Assembly (NCBI GenBank): GCA_037308085.1
Contig: CP147779.1
Location: forward strand, 416,001-480,000
DNA: 64,000 nucleotides
Direction: 5' to 3'
Source: Promethearchaeati archaeon SRVP18_Atabeyarchaeia-1
Lineage (GTDB): Archaea > Asgardarchaeota > Atabeyarchaeia > Atabeyarchaeales > Atabeyarchaeaceae
The position numbers and the translations under genes are program-made. The number at the start of each line of letters is the position of its first letter. Positions within the stretch are counted from its first letter, which is position 1. Shown piece after piece: positions 21,454-33,481 of the stretch. The notes under the pieces were generated by a model. That model saw only the letters and a program-made list of their open reading frames with translations. It had not been told where the DNA came from and did no database searches.

Positions 21454-21596
21454 ATCTCATCGCTACGCATTTCTCTTGTCAGCTGAGGGCATTCCAACCT
21501 CGTAATTGGAAAATGCTTAAATATTCTTTAGAAGAGATATCTTTCATAGAATGTGTATTTGAGGATTTGTAGCTTAATAATAGGTCGATTAACTTT

Positions 21597-21905
21597 ATGG
21601 CCGAAATTTGCCCCACATGTGGCCTGCCCAAAGATCTTTGCGTTTGCCAAGAAATAGTGAAAGAGGAGCAAAGAATTAAGATTCGCGTTGAGAGAAGGAA
21701 GTGGCACAAGGAAGTAACTGTGATTGAGGGTATAAATGAAAAAGACGTCAACCTGCATGAGTTGTCCACGAAGCTAAAGAACAAGTGTGCCTGTGGCGGA
21801 ACAGCAAAGAATGGAAGAATAGAGCTACAGGGAGATCACAAGGACAACGTGAAAAGGTTTCTTGTGCAGCTTGGTTTTCCTGATCATAATATCGATGTCC
21901 AATAA
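21597..21905 (+). CDS. Translation initiation factor aIF-1 (SUI1)
   Basis: CPTCGLPKDLC, LKNKCACGGT, IELQGDH. Confidence 0.95.
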   Translation: MAEICPTCGLPKDLCVCQEIVKEEQRIKIRVERRKWHKEVTVIEGINEKDVNLHELSTKLKNKCACGGTAKNGRIELQGDHKDNVKRFLVQLGFPDHNIDVQ

Positions 21906-22098
21906 CGCGCCTAGTCTTCCTTACGGTTTCAGCTTCAATGCATCAGCGGCAGGCAATGAAGAAATTCTGCGCGTATCGTCCTCAGTGATTGCTGGATGGA
22001 GCGCCAAAGCAAGGCGCCATCTTGCTCATTCACTTTTTTGTTGATTTCTCCTCCCGATCATGAATTCAATTGACCACAAGCTATATTTGAGTATCTGA

Positions 22099-23166
<1,068 letters not shown>

Positions 23167-23281
23167 CTGGCAACTTACACAACCGAATCATATCCTTAAA
23201 TAGGATATTCATACTATTCCGAATGAGAGAGGAAACTTACGGAATCATCGGTACAGCTTCATAAACTAGGGGTGTTAGTCC

Positions 23282-24466
23282 ATGTATCTGATTGGTGAGG
23301 CTCTCGTAGGCGAGGGAGATGAGCTAGCTCACATCGACCTCGTCATCGGCGACAAGAGTGGACCCGTAGGGCAGGCTTTCGCCAATGGTTTGTCACAGCT
23401 CTCCGCAGGTCACACTCCCGTGCTGGCGGTAATTCGCCCGAATTTACCTTCAAAACCGTTCACTTTGGTAGTTCCAAAGGTGACGGTAAAGGACATGGAA
23501 GAAGCTAACAGAATATTCGGCCCTGCTCAAGCTGCAGTCGCCAAGGCCGTCGCTGACTCCGTCGAGGAAGGGGTATTCCCCAAGGACAGCATAGAGGACT
23601 TGGTTGTTATAGCCTCCGTCTTTGTCTCGACGAAAGCCACCGATTACAGGAAGATCTACCACTACAATTATAGTGCCACAAAACTGGCCTTGAAGAGAGC
23701 ACTAACAGGGTACCCTGGCTTGGACAAGATCATGTATGAGAAAGACAGAGCCAAGCACCCGATAATGGGGTTCAGGGTTCCCAGACTCTGGAGACCGCCC
23801 TACCTCCAGATCGCATTGGACATTCCAGACCTCCAAAGAACACTCAAGATCATTGATGCCGTCCCCACGAGTGACAGAATAATACTTGAGGCCGGCACTC
23901 CGCTGCTCAAGAAGTACGGGACAAACGTCATAAAAGACCTAAGAGAAGTGGCCAAGGACATTTTCATCGTGGCTGATCTCAAGACTCTGGACGTTGGCAA
24001 GGTTGAGGTGGACATCGCATATGACCAGACAGCTGACGCCGTTGTCGCGTCCGGCCTGGCGGCCGCTGTGACCCTTGACGCGTTCATATACGAGGCAAAA
24101 AGGCTCGGCATCTATGCAATGCTGGACATGATGAACGTCGACGATCCAATAAAGAAACTGTCCTCCTTGAAGGAACTGCCCGACATCGTGATACTCCACC
24201 GATCAATAGACGTTGAAAGAGCCGGCGGGGAAGGCGCTTGGAACGTGAAGGAGCTCAAGGACGCCTTCAAAGGAAAGAAGATGCTGGTGGCTGTCGCTGG
24301 CGGAATCACTCCCGATAAAGTCTCAATGGGGTTGAAGCAAGGGGCCGACATACTGATAGTAGGAAGATACATAACACAATCCAAGGATGTCGAACGCGCC
24401 GTAAGAGAGTTCATCGTGAAACTCCCGGAGTCTGAGGTCGATCTACTGCGAGAACATGTTGAGTGA
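23282..24466 (+). CDS. fae-hps: Bifunctional formaldehyde-activating enzyme / hexulose-6-phosphate synthase
   Basis: [27 protein letters not shown], then LQIALD, EAGTPL, ADLKTLD. Confidence 0.93.
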   Translation: MYLIGEALVGEGDELAHIDLVIGDKSGPVGQAFANGLSQLSAGHTPVLAVIRPNLPSKPFTLVVPKVTVKDMEEANRIFGPAQAAVAKAVADSVEEGVFPKDSIEDLVVIASVFVSTKATDYRKIYHYNYSATKLALKRALTGYPGLDKIMYEKDRAKHPIMGFRVPRLWRPPYLQIALDIPDLQRTLKIIDAVPTSDRIILEAGTPLLKKYGTNVIKDLREVAKDIFIVADLKTLDVGKVEVDIAYDQTADAVVASGLAAAVTLDAFIYEAKRLGIYAMLDMMNVDDPIKKLSSLKELPDIVILHRSIDVERAGGEGAWNVKELKDAFKGKKMLVAVAGGITPDKVSMGLKQGADILIVGRYITQSKDVERAVREFIVKLPESEVDLLREHVE

Positions 24467-24577
24467 TCTCTGAACCGTCTCTCCCCTATTTGGCAGGTCC
24501 ACCATCTCGCTCTTGCCTTTGAACAGCCATAGACCAGCGCAATGCGCTGCCTTTTATTTGGTTGAGAACCCACGCTG

Positions 24578-25042
24578 CTACTTGGGAGAGAACTCCTCCA
24601 CCCACCGTTCTACGGTTTCTCCAGTCTCCTTGTCGACGAGGTGCTCTTTCTTGAAGAATGGCGCCTCGTGTTTATATCTCTCGACGGCCTCCCTGAGAAC
24701 CTTGAATATTTCGTTTCGGTGTGCGCCCGCGACAATGACGTACACCAAGTCGTCACCTGGCTCGAATTCGCCTAAGATGTGGTAGATTCTCACATCAGCA
24801 ATTCCTTCTCCTTTTGCCAACTCGGTGCATATCGTTGACAGCACGGACTCGGCTTTCTCCTCATATGAGTCCACCTCCATCCGCACGACCCTGTGCCCCT
24901 CCAAGCTTCTGCCCCTGACCACACCTATGAAAACCCCAATTCCCCCTGCCAACCGAAATTCTGAGGAATTCCTTACATCCTGCAACACATCTGCAAAGGA
25001 GAGCTCGCCCTTTTTGTAAATGCCAGCGTGCTTCAAACACAA
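24578..25042 (-). CDS. moaE: Molybdopterin synthase large subunit
   Basis: GVFIGVVR, VAGAHR, K.EAPFFKKE. Confidence 0.88.
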   Translation of the reverse strand: MCLKHAGIYKKGELSFADVLQDVRNSSEFRLAGGIGVFIGVVRGRSLEGHRVVRMEVDSYEEKAESVLSTICTELAKGEGIADVRIYHILGEFEPGDDLVYVIVAGAHRNEIFKVLREAVERYKHEAPFFKKEHLVDKETGETVERWVEEFSPK

Positions 25043-25263
25043 ACCCCCTTACGAAACGGGATAGGCACGACGCAGCCTCAGGGCCTTAGCAACCCATGCC
25101 TACATTTGAACGCATACCCTTACTGCTTGTACCTGCCACTTGCAGTCAACTTCGTTAGTGAGCTAGTCAACCCTTTGAGAGCGCTTGAAGGAAATAAACT
25201 CATTCCAAGTTTAGCGATTTTTTTAAATAGGCAGAACTCCTTACACTCGACATGATTTAAAGT

Positions 25264-25438
25264 GCAGGGGTAGCCAAGCCGGTCAAACAAGGTGGTCTGG
25301 ACCCAAGGCGGTGGACTCAAGATCCACTCTCGAAATGAGTGACAACTAGTTCTGGCGTTCTGGATTCACCACGAGAAGGAGTTCGAGGGTTCGAATATCC
25401 CCCTAAAAATGGGATTGGAAGTCCCTCCCCCTGCACCA
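25264..25438 (+). tRNA. tRNA-Leu(CAA) with three BHB introns (25287-25305, 25335-25377, 25396-25421)
   Basis: Removing the inserts gives GCAGGGGTAGCCAAGCCGGTCAAAGGCGGTGGACTCAAGATCCACTCTCGAAGGAGTTCGAGGGTTCGAATCCCTCCCCCTGCACCA; each insert folds as BHB. Confidence 0.92.
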
Positions 25439-25554
25439 TTCTAGCCAAGAGCTGTCGCCTTGGATTGTCAAAGACTCTTGATGAGATAAGGATCCGCGCA
25501 GGTGTCGCTCGCGTGTGCATGCCAACAAAAAGTGAGTGAAAGCCCGTTGTCCGC

Positions 25555-26235
25555 CTAGCCTGATTCCACTACCGTTCCGATCTTGGCTCCACTTACCGCG
25601 GCCAAGAGGTTCTCGGGCTTGAGTCCACTGACCACTATCACCTTGGCGCTCTGGCTCTCCAATATCCTAATGGATTCGGGATCGAGTATGTCGTGCATCC
25701 CTGGCATGTGCGCCTTCTGTGATACTATCTTGTGCAAATCGCTGTAAGTCAATCTATCAATCTTTCTGGCGTCAGGGTTCTTTCTGGGATCCTTATTGTA
25801 GATGCCTTCTTGGTCCGTCGCCTTCACCAAGAACTTTGATTTGACTGATTCCAATACAATCGCTGCAACCGTGTCTGTTGTGATCCCTGGTCTCAGTCCA
25901 CCCATGACGGCTATCTTTCCAGCAGCGAGAAGCGTGCTAACTTCCTCGGTGGTGGAGGGGATGTTGCCGGAACCATATTTCCCCAGCGCACCTGCAAGCA
26001 ACCTAGCGTTTAGCCTCGAGACCAGAATAGCGATTTCATCTTTGTCATTGTCAGACAACCCGATTCCTTCGGCAATTGATATGAACTCCCTAGCCACTTT
26101 ACCTCCTCCCACCACAACCACTACCTCGTGCCCTTTGTCTTTGACTGATCTCAAGGCTTTGGAGTACTGAACAATCCGCTCTGCGTCCAGAGGAGAAGCA
26201 ATCACGGAGCCACCGATCTTGAACACGATCCTCAT
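25555..26235 (-). CDS. pyrH: UMP kinase
   Basis: VFKIGGSV, VVGGGK.AR, GLRPGITTD, GIYNKDPRK. Confidence 0.93.
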   Translation of the reverse strand: MRIVFKIGGSVIASPLDAERIVQYSKALRSVKDKGHEVVVVVGGGKVAREFISIAEGIGLSDNDKDEIAILVSRLNARLLAGALGKYGSGNIPSTTEEVSTLLAAGKIAVMGGLRPGITTDTVAAIVLESVKSKFLVKATDQEGIYNKDPRKNPDARKIDRLTYSDLHKIVSQKAHMPGMHDILDPESIRILESQSAKVIVVSGLKPENLLAAVSGAKIGTVVESG

Positions 26236-26372
26236 TTCATCAACACCGACTGAGAAGTCACTCAAGAAAGTTAATTAACTTGTTTACTAACTGGTATTTG
26301 AATTGTCACTCTGGCAGCGACATTATGCATCGCCCATGAAATGGCAGCCTTAAACCCAGGGGAACGTTCAGA

Positions 26373-27626
26373 ATGTCAAAGTACGATTCATTTGAGAGGT
26401 TTAGACTCGAGAGGGAACTGCAGGCGCTCTCCAATAAGCATGGCTTCCATACAGAACTAATCTCCCTCTACGTTCCTCCAGGAAAGCAGCTGAGTGAAGT
26501 AACCAACAACTTGAAGCAGGAGTATGGAACATCTGCCAACATAAAATCCAAATCCACGCGCCAACACGTGCTGGATGCAATAACAATGATTACGCAGAGG
26601 CTGAAGATGATCAAAGGCGTACCAGAAAACGGCTTGGCAATATTCTGTGGCGCAATTCCTCAAAATGGGCAAGGAAGCGAGAAGATGGAATTGTACTCCA
26701 TAGTGCCTCCAGAACCCGTGCATATATACCTGTACCGATGCGACAGCAAGTTCCACACAGATCCCCTCAAGGACATGCTCAAGGAGCAGGCGACATACGG
26801 CATCATTATCATAGATCGAAGTGAGTCAACCATAGCCAAGCTCACAGGCAAACACCTCGAAATAATCAAGAGATCAACCTCCGGGGTTCCCAGCAAGCAC
26901 ACAGCTGGAGGCCAATCCCAAAGAAGATTTGAGAGGTTGATAGAGCAGGCAGCGCACGAATTCTACAAAAGAGCAGGCGATCACGCAAATGAAATATTCC
27001 TGAACATGCCTAACCTCAAGGGAATCCTGATCGGCGGGGCCGGCCCCTCCAAAGAGAAATTCGCTGAAGGCGGGTACTTGAATTACCAGGTGCAGCAAAA
27101 AATACTGGGCGTAATTGACATAGGCTATTCCGGAGAAGAGGGCATAGAAGAACTGATCGAGAACTCGAGCGACATGCTGAAGGGCGTGCGGTACACCGAA
27201 GAGAAGAAGCTCGTGCAGAGATTCCTAGAGCATCTGGCAAAGGAAACGGGAATTGTTGCCTACGGGGAAAAGGAGGTTAGGGAACTGCTCAACCAGAGCG
27301 CCGTGGATACACTCCTCTTGTCGGAGGCGCTGGACACCATAAGAGTGAAAATTAGCTGCAACAGCTGCGATTACAGGAAAGAGGAAACGATCCGCAGATC
27401 CGACTTGGACCAGATACAGCAAACAACACAGAATTCACTTTGCCCAAAATGCAGCTCTCCAGTGGCCATAGCAGAAATCAAGCCGACCATAGACGACCTC
27501 GGAGAGCTGGCAGAGAAAACCAACGCCAAGGTTGAGATCATATCAACTGAGACTGAGGAAGGCCAAGAGTTGAAAGCCGCATTCGGCGGAGTTGCCGCCA
27601 TCCTGCGGTACAGCGTAAACAGATGA
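26373..27626 (+). CDS. prf1: Peptide chain release factor aRF1
   Basis: TELISLY, NIKS, YRCD, GGQS, FGGVAAILRY. Confidence 0.97.
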   Translation: MSKYDSFERFRLERELQALSNKHGFHTELISLYVPPGKQLSEVTNNLKQEYGTSANIKSKSTRQHVLDAITMITQRLKMIKGVPENGLAIFCGAIPQNGQGSEKMELYSIVPPEPVHIYLYRCDSKFHTDPLKDMLKEQATYGIIIIDRSESTIAKLTGKHLEIIKRSTSGVPSKHTAGGQSQRRFERLIEQAAHEFYKRAGDHANEIFLNMPNLKGILIGGAGPSKEKFAEGGYLNYQVQQKILGVIDIGYSGEEGIEELIENSSDMLKGVRYTEEKKLVQRFLEHLAKETGIVAYGEKEVRELLNQSAVDTLLLSEALDTIRVKISCNSCDYRKEETIRRSDLDQIQQTTQNSLCPKCSSPVAIAEIKPTIDDLGELAEKTNAKVEIISTETEEGQELKAAFGGVAAILRYSVNR

Positions 27627-27674
27627 TCCGCCAGCCTTAGCCGCTCACTAATCACTTTCTTCTGAGGTGATCAA

Positions 27675-30177
27675 ATGGAGGAAAGTTTCAGACCAAGATT
27701 TGAAGAAAAGCATTGGGATCCCAAGATGGAAGAGAACATACTGGAAACTTGGAGAAAGGAGAAGACATACTCCTTCGATACAAGCGGTCGAAAGAAGCCT
27801 TTTTCCATCGACACTCCTCCACCCTATGCTAGTGGACCATGGCACCTTGGCGGGGCTGTCCACTACTCCCAGATCGACATGATAGCACGATGCAAAAGAA
27901 TGGAAGGGCACGAAGTTCTCTTTCCCATGGGCATCGATCGAAACGGATAAACCCTCTCACAACGAGCAGGGTCCCGGAATACCGATCGAAGTCCAAGCGG
28001 AAAAGGAATTTGGAGTCAAGATGAGAGAGACGCCACGAGGCAAATTCCTAGACTTCTGCCGTTCCCTGCTGGACAAGTATGAGGATGACATCCTGTCGAA
28101 CTCAAGAAGGCTAGGGCTAAGCTGCAATTCCTTGGAGCCTAGCGATGTATACAGAACTGATAGCCCCGAGTACCGCAGAATAACCCAGGCAACCTTCATC
28201 CAACTCTGGAAAAAGGGCCTTGTATACGAAGACAAGAGGCCCAACAACTACTGCACAGAATGTGGAACTACAATTGCTGACGCCGAGATCGAGTATAGAG
28301 AAATCCAAACTTCCTTGAGTTACATCAAATTCAGAATCAAGGGATCCGGCAAGGAAATAGTCATTGCAACAACCAGGCCGGAGCTCCTCTGCGCCTGTGG
28401 CTGCATACTCGTTCATCCAGACGATGAGAGGTACGCTGAACTCAGTGAGAGCATAGCTATGGTCCCAGCCTACGGCAGAGAAGTCCCAGTCATCCCCAAT
28501 CCTGCTGCACAGAGGGAATTCGGAACAGGGGCAGCAATGATATGCTCATACGGCGACTACACTGACGTTAGACTGTTCAGGGAGCTCAAGCTGACACCGG
28601 TTGAAGCCATAGACAACACCGGAAGAATGACTGCAGCTGCGGGCGACCTAAGGGGACTCAAAGTAGTAGAAGCACGCAAAACCATTATAGCAAAACTCAA
28701 GGAACAAGGCATCCTCGTGAAGCAGGAAAACACAGTTCACAGGACACCCGTCTGCTGGCGATCAAAGACACCAATCGAATTCATATCGATGTCAGAGCTC
28801 TACCTGAAACAACTCGACTTCATAGATAAGCTTAGAGAAACCGTAGACAACATGAAATTCTACCCGCCTGAAAGCAAGGAAATCCTCGTGAGCTGGATCA
28901 ACTCTGTCAGCGTCGACTGGCCAATAAGCAGACGCCGATTCTACGGCACAGAAGTGCCGCTATGGTACTGCCTCAAATGCGGCAAGCCCGTAACTCCACC
29001 ACCAGGGAAGTACTACCAGCCATGGAAGGATGCGTTCCCCGCCAGCCAGTGCCCACACTGCGCGGGAAAACAGGGATTCAGAGGCGAGGAAAGAACATTC
29101 GACACATGGTTCGACTCAGGCATAAGTGAACTCCAGATAATCCGCTACCTGAGAGACGACGACTTCTTCAAGAAAATGTTCCCATGCTCCATAAGACCTC
29201 AAGGGAAGGACATCGTCAGAACATGGTGCTACTACTCAATCCTGAGAACCTACCAGCTCCTAGGCAAAGCAGCCTTCGAGAGGGTCTGGATAAGCGGACA
29301 CGTCACGGACGACAAAGGAGAGAAAATGTCCAAATCCCGAGGGAACGTAACATGGCCAACCCCACTTCTGGAGAAGTACGGGGCTGATGCACTGAGACTG
29401 TGGGGCTGCCTCGAAGCAGGGCTAGGCAGCGACATAAGATACTCAGAAGCAAGGCTGGCAGGCGCACACAGTTTCATCACGAAGCTGTGGAACATATCAA
29501 AATTCATATCATCATTTCCAATCCCCAACGAGAAAGAATGCGAACTACTACCCGCCGACACTTGGATACTTGGCGCACTGAACCAGACGATAACCGAAAC
29601 CATCAAGGGCTACGACGAACTCGACTTCAACAAGCCGGCAACGAGAATGCGGACGTTCACATGGGACGCATTCGCCTCCCACTACCTAGAAATGGCAAAA
29701 GCCAGAGCCTACAACAAAGGCAAGCCCTTCCCCGAGAACCAGCAAAAGGGAGCGTGGCACACCCTCCACACCTGCCTCGAATCAATCCTAAGAATCCTAG
29801 CACCAATATGCCCCTTCATCACCGACGAAATTCACCGAAGAATATACACACCCAACAAGACCATACACACCCAAGCCTTTCCAAAACCAAGACCCGAAGC
29901 AAAGCCCCACGATGAAAGCCTCACACAACTAATCATAGCAGTGAACGGTGCGATCTGGAAGACCAAGAAGGACGCGAAGCTGTCACTGAACGCCGCAGTC
30001 AAGAGCCTACACCTACCACCAGAGCTAGAACCATTCAAGTCCGACCTGAAAACCATGCACAACGCCGAGAACCTAAACTTCAAGCCCCCCGACGACACCT
30101 CCACAGCGAAATACATATCAGCAAACATAGGCCAAGAAGCCCAGAAGAAAACAGTCTACATCCTGCTTCAAGGATAG
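27675..30177 (+). CDS. valS: Valyl-tRNA synthetase, interrupted by a 31-nt insertion (about 27949-27979)
   Basis: N-part IDTPPP..SG..HLGG; C-part ATTRPELL, DWPISRRRFYG, KMSKS; frames join when 31 nt are removed. Confidence 0.9.
27949..27979 (+). other. Candidate BHB mRNA intron in valS
   Basis: Exon helix TCGATCG/CGATCGA, central CGG/CCG, intron stem ACCCT/AGGGT plus CTC/GAG; excision gives D-R-N-G-L-P-I-E. Confidence 0.7.
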
Positions 30178-30225
30178 GCTTCAACAGATTCTATGTTGCA
30201 GGCCACCATACAAGAAGTGGTTAGT

Positions 30226-30510
30226 GGGTCCGTAGCTCAAGGTGGAAGAGCGCGAGTCTAGCTCCCACCCTTGCGGGGAGTTCAAATAGAGATTAGTGAA
30301 ACGAATGACTTGTCAGAAAAGTCATGCCGTATAACCAGGAAAGGGTGATTGCTTCAACTTCGCGAGATCTGCGCCGTAATCATTTCTATAGAAACCTTAT
30401 GTATCCCAGTTGGTGATCTTGCGATGCCAATGATCTTTCTTGGTGAGATTGTTTTCGACAGGACATTATTCACGATTGACTTGGCAAACTAGGTGCTAGA
30501 TCTGGACTCA
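30226..30510 (+). pseudogene. tRNA-like element (intact 5' half, degenerate or expanded remainder)
   Basis: GGGTCCGTAGCTCAAGGTGGAAGAGCG start; possible acceptor partner TGGACTC-A at 30503-30510; no canonical T-loop. Confidence 0.4.
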
Positions 30511-30658
30511 ACAATCAACTGGACCATAATAGATCTGAAGGGAGAATATCTGACCCGAATAGCTTCGAATTTTGGGGATCCATCCGAGTCCTCAGGTCAG
30601 AGCTACGACGACAGTATATCGCTAGGACCGAGAGATTGGCTGGAAAGGGTGTGGGTGA

Positions 30659-31582
30659 TTGAGGACTAACACAGTCCATCCGAATTTGAGGACTAAGTAC
30701 TTCCTTGCAATTGACACGAAAGAAAAAGCGTATTGGCTCGGATTTCTGTTCGCCGATGGCTGTATCATAAGACACCCCAGAACAATACAGATTCAACTCA
30801 AACTTAGACGAGCCGACGAAGAAACCATTGACAGATTCTGCGAGTGTCTCAGGCTTGAAAAGGGCAAAAAGGATTACGTTCGAGAACGCGAAAAGGATGG
30901 AACAATATCAGAGAAGATCAGAATCAGATTTGCCAGCAGAGAAATGGGAAGGAGTCTCCTAAAGCACGGGTTAGAGTTTCGGAAATCGAAAATCATTGAA
31001 TATCCGAGATTACCCCGTCGACATCTGGAGCTTGCGTTTCTATTGGGATACTATGATGGCGATGGACTGCAGAATACGACAAGAATCAACTCCGGCAGCG
31101 TCCGATTTCTGGAACAGGTCAAGGAGAGATTCAACTTGCCTTACAAAATCCAGTTGAATAAACGCAAAACCGTATTTCATGGCAGAGAGATAGAAGGCAC
31201 AGAGTACTACATGTGCTTGGGCCCTGAGCTGTTCAATGAGATGATGAGAGACTATGCAGGAAGCATGCCTAGGAAACGTTGGTTCCCATGCGATTCAAAG
31301 GAAAAACTGCGCAGGCACCGTGAGGCTTGCACATCCGAAATGACTCAGAGAAGAAGAGGACTGCAGAAGGATTGGAGAGCCATCACGAGGGATAAACTAG
31401 AAAGATTAGTATGGCAAATGCCGTTAGCACATATCGCCATTAGATACAACGTCAGTAATGTGGATGTTATAGCGAAAAAGTGTGAGAAGCTTGGTGTTTC
31501 CAGACCAGAACATGGTTACTGGCAAAGACAATACTGGATAAACCGGAGATCCTTAGGAAAGAGTTCAATACAGAATAAATAG
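30659..31582 (+). CDS. Free-standing LAGLIDADG-like endonuclease
   Basis: AYWLGFLFADGCI and AFLLGYYDGDG motifs; C-terminal HTH-like tail. Confidence 0.85.
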   Translation: MRTNTVHPNLRTKYFLAIDTKEKAYWLGFLFADGCIIRHPRTIQIQLKLRRADEETIDRFCECLRLEKGKKDYVREREKDGTISEKIRIRFASREMGRSLLKHGLEFRKSKIIEYPRLPRRHLELAFLLGYYDGDGLQNTTRINSGSVRFLEQVKERFNLPYKIQLNKRKTVFHGREIEGTEYYMCLGPELFNEMMRDYAGSMPRKRWFPCDSKEKLRRHREACTSEMTQRRRGLQKDWRAITRDKLERLVWQMPLAHIAIRYNVSNVDVIAKKCEKLGVSRPEHGYWQRQYWINRRSLGKSSIQNK

Positions 31583-31828
31583 TTCCCTACTTCGAAGTGA
31601 AGGAAATAATATATCCTCTCCGCGATATTCTCCTTTTTTCCCTCCTTCTTCAATCTCTGCTGAGAATTCTTGATTCCCTGCAACCCCATTTACGAACATC
31701 ACTACTAGGTATTTCAAAACTTCAATTCTGTCCCAGATAACCCCTGGTCATGGCTAAGGTTTCTGTAATCTGAAGAGGGAGTTGAAGGATACACCTTATA
31801 TACATGTTTTTGGCAACTCATCTAACGC

Positions 31829-32042
31829 GGGTCCGTAGCTCAAAGCGAAGACATCAAGGTGCGTCTTCACTGGCAAAGCTTGGCTAGAGCGTTCGGCTGA
31901 ACATCAAGAGCAACTGGAAGAGATGGGCCAATAACCGAAAAGGGAAGGCTCAGTCAGGAGAAGCCTGCCGTAGGGAAAGATCGCGAGTCCGAAACTCGCC
32001 AGGGGGAAACCCCACCGAGCGGATGTCTCGCCGGACCCACCA
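31829..32042 (+). tRNA. tRNA-Ile(GAU) with four introns (31843-31877, 31901-31931, ~31940-31977, 31994-32025)
   Basis: Spliced 78 nt GGGTCCGTAGCTCAGCTTGGCTAGAGCGTTCGGCTGATAACCGAAAGATCGCGAGTCCGAATCTCGCCGGACCCACCA; three inserts show BHB folds, the third is weak. Confidence 0.85.
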
Positions 32043-32067
32043 CTTCTCCATCATCAACGAATAGTAG

Positions 32068-32144
32068 GGGCCGGTAGCGCAGGCTGGAAGTGCGCCGGCT
32101 TCGCAAGCCGGAGGTCGTGGGTTCAAATCCCACCCGGTCCACCA
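32068..32144 (+). tRNA. tRNA-Ala(CGC), intronless
   Basis: Cloverleaf, CCGGC-TT-CGC-AA-GCCGG, G3:U70, encoded CCA. Confidence 0.95.
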
Positions 32145-32400
32145 AAAGCAGCCGCTCTCTTCTGCAACGAGAAAATTCCACCATAAAGCTTATAATATGT
32201 GCGACGCTCCTAGCGTAAACTTGCACAGGTTTTTCGCAGCGAATCCCGAATAGCGTCGACCCCAACAGCGGTTAAAAACCTGTGGATGAAGGGTTGTTTT
32301 TCCACTGCGAAAAATCAGTGGCAGGCAGAAATGAGGACCCGAAAAAACCGACAGCACGGCTGCCGGAAATTTGGGCCTGATGTGGGCTCGAAGAAAAACC

Positions 32401-32446
32401 CTGGAACCATGACATAAGTTAATCCCCCGAACAACATATTTGCGGC
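32401..32446 (+). promoter_or_regulatory. 5' strand of the 16S pre-rRNA processing stem (BHB)
   Basis: CATG-ACA-TAAGTTAATCCCC pairs with GGGGTTGGCTTA-CATG-ATT at 35125-35143. Confidence 0.75.
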
Positions 32447-32809
32447 TAATATAAACTCCCATGAAACCGGTTGATCCTGCCGGACCCAACCGCTATCGGA
32501 GTGGGACTAAGCCATGCTAGTCGAGCGCCTCGGACTATGGCGAGGCGCGGCGTACGGCTCAGTAACACGTGGTTAACCTAACCTCCGGACGGGGATACCT
32601 CCGGGAAACTGGAGCTAATACCCGATAGGTGAATAGTTCTGGAATGGCTTTTCACCCAAACGGCTTTGACACCATGTTTGCCAACGTCGCCAGAGGATGG
32701 GACCGCGGCCGATTAGGCTGTTGGTGGGGTAACGGCTCACCAAACCGACAATCGGTACGGGCCGTGAGAGCGGTAGCCCGGAGATGGGGACTGAGACAAG
32801 GCCCCAGGT

Positions 32810-32846
<37 letters not shown>

Positions 32847-32985
32847 TGGAAACAGCGACGGGGCTACTCCGAGTGCCGTCCGCTAAGGGCGGCTTTTCCA
32901 CAGTATAAAAAGCTGTGGGAATAAGGGGAGGGCAAGGCTGGTGCCAGCCGCCGCGGTAAAACCAGCTCCTCGAGTGGTTGGGATG

Positions 32986-33016
<31 letters not shown>

Positions 33017-33198
33017 TTGTAAGTCCTTGGCTAAATCCGTCAGCCTAACTGACGGCGTGCTGAGGATACTGCTTGGCTTGGGGGCGAGAGAGGCTGAGGG
33101 TACTACTGGGGTAGGGGTGAAATCCTATAATCCCAGTAGGACCACCTGTGGCGAAGGCGTTCAGCTGGAGCGCGCCCGACGGTGAGGGACGAAAGCTA

Positions 33199-33232
<34 letters not shown>

Positions 33233-33333
33233 TAGCTGTAAACTATGCGGGCTAGGTGTTGGAGCGGCCACGTGCTGCTCCAGTGCCGAAGGGAAGCCGT
33301 TAAGCCCGCCGCCTGGGGAGTACGGCCGCAAGG

Positions 33334-33375
<42 letters not shown>

Positions 33376-33481
33376 AAGCCTGCGGTTTAATTGGACTCAA
33401 CGCCGGGAAACTTACCGGGGGCGACAGCAGAATGAAGGCCAGGTTGACGACCTTGCTTGACAAGCTGAGAGGTGGTGCATG

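Noticed and set aside
30345-30365. CTTCAAC loop read as a tRNA-Sec UCA anticodon
   Set aside because: No long acceptor/D stems, variable arm or T-arm of tRNA-Sec, and no BHB path joins it to the 5' half.
32300-32325. TTCCACTGCGAAAAATCAGTGG as an ORB element
   Set aside because: Single weak match, inside the 16S leader and explained by a local hairpin.
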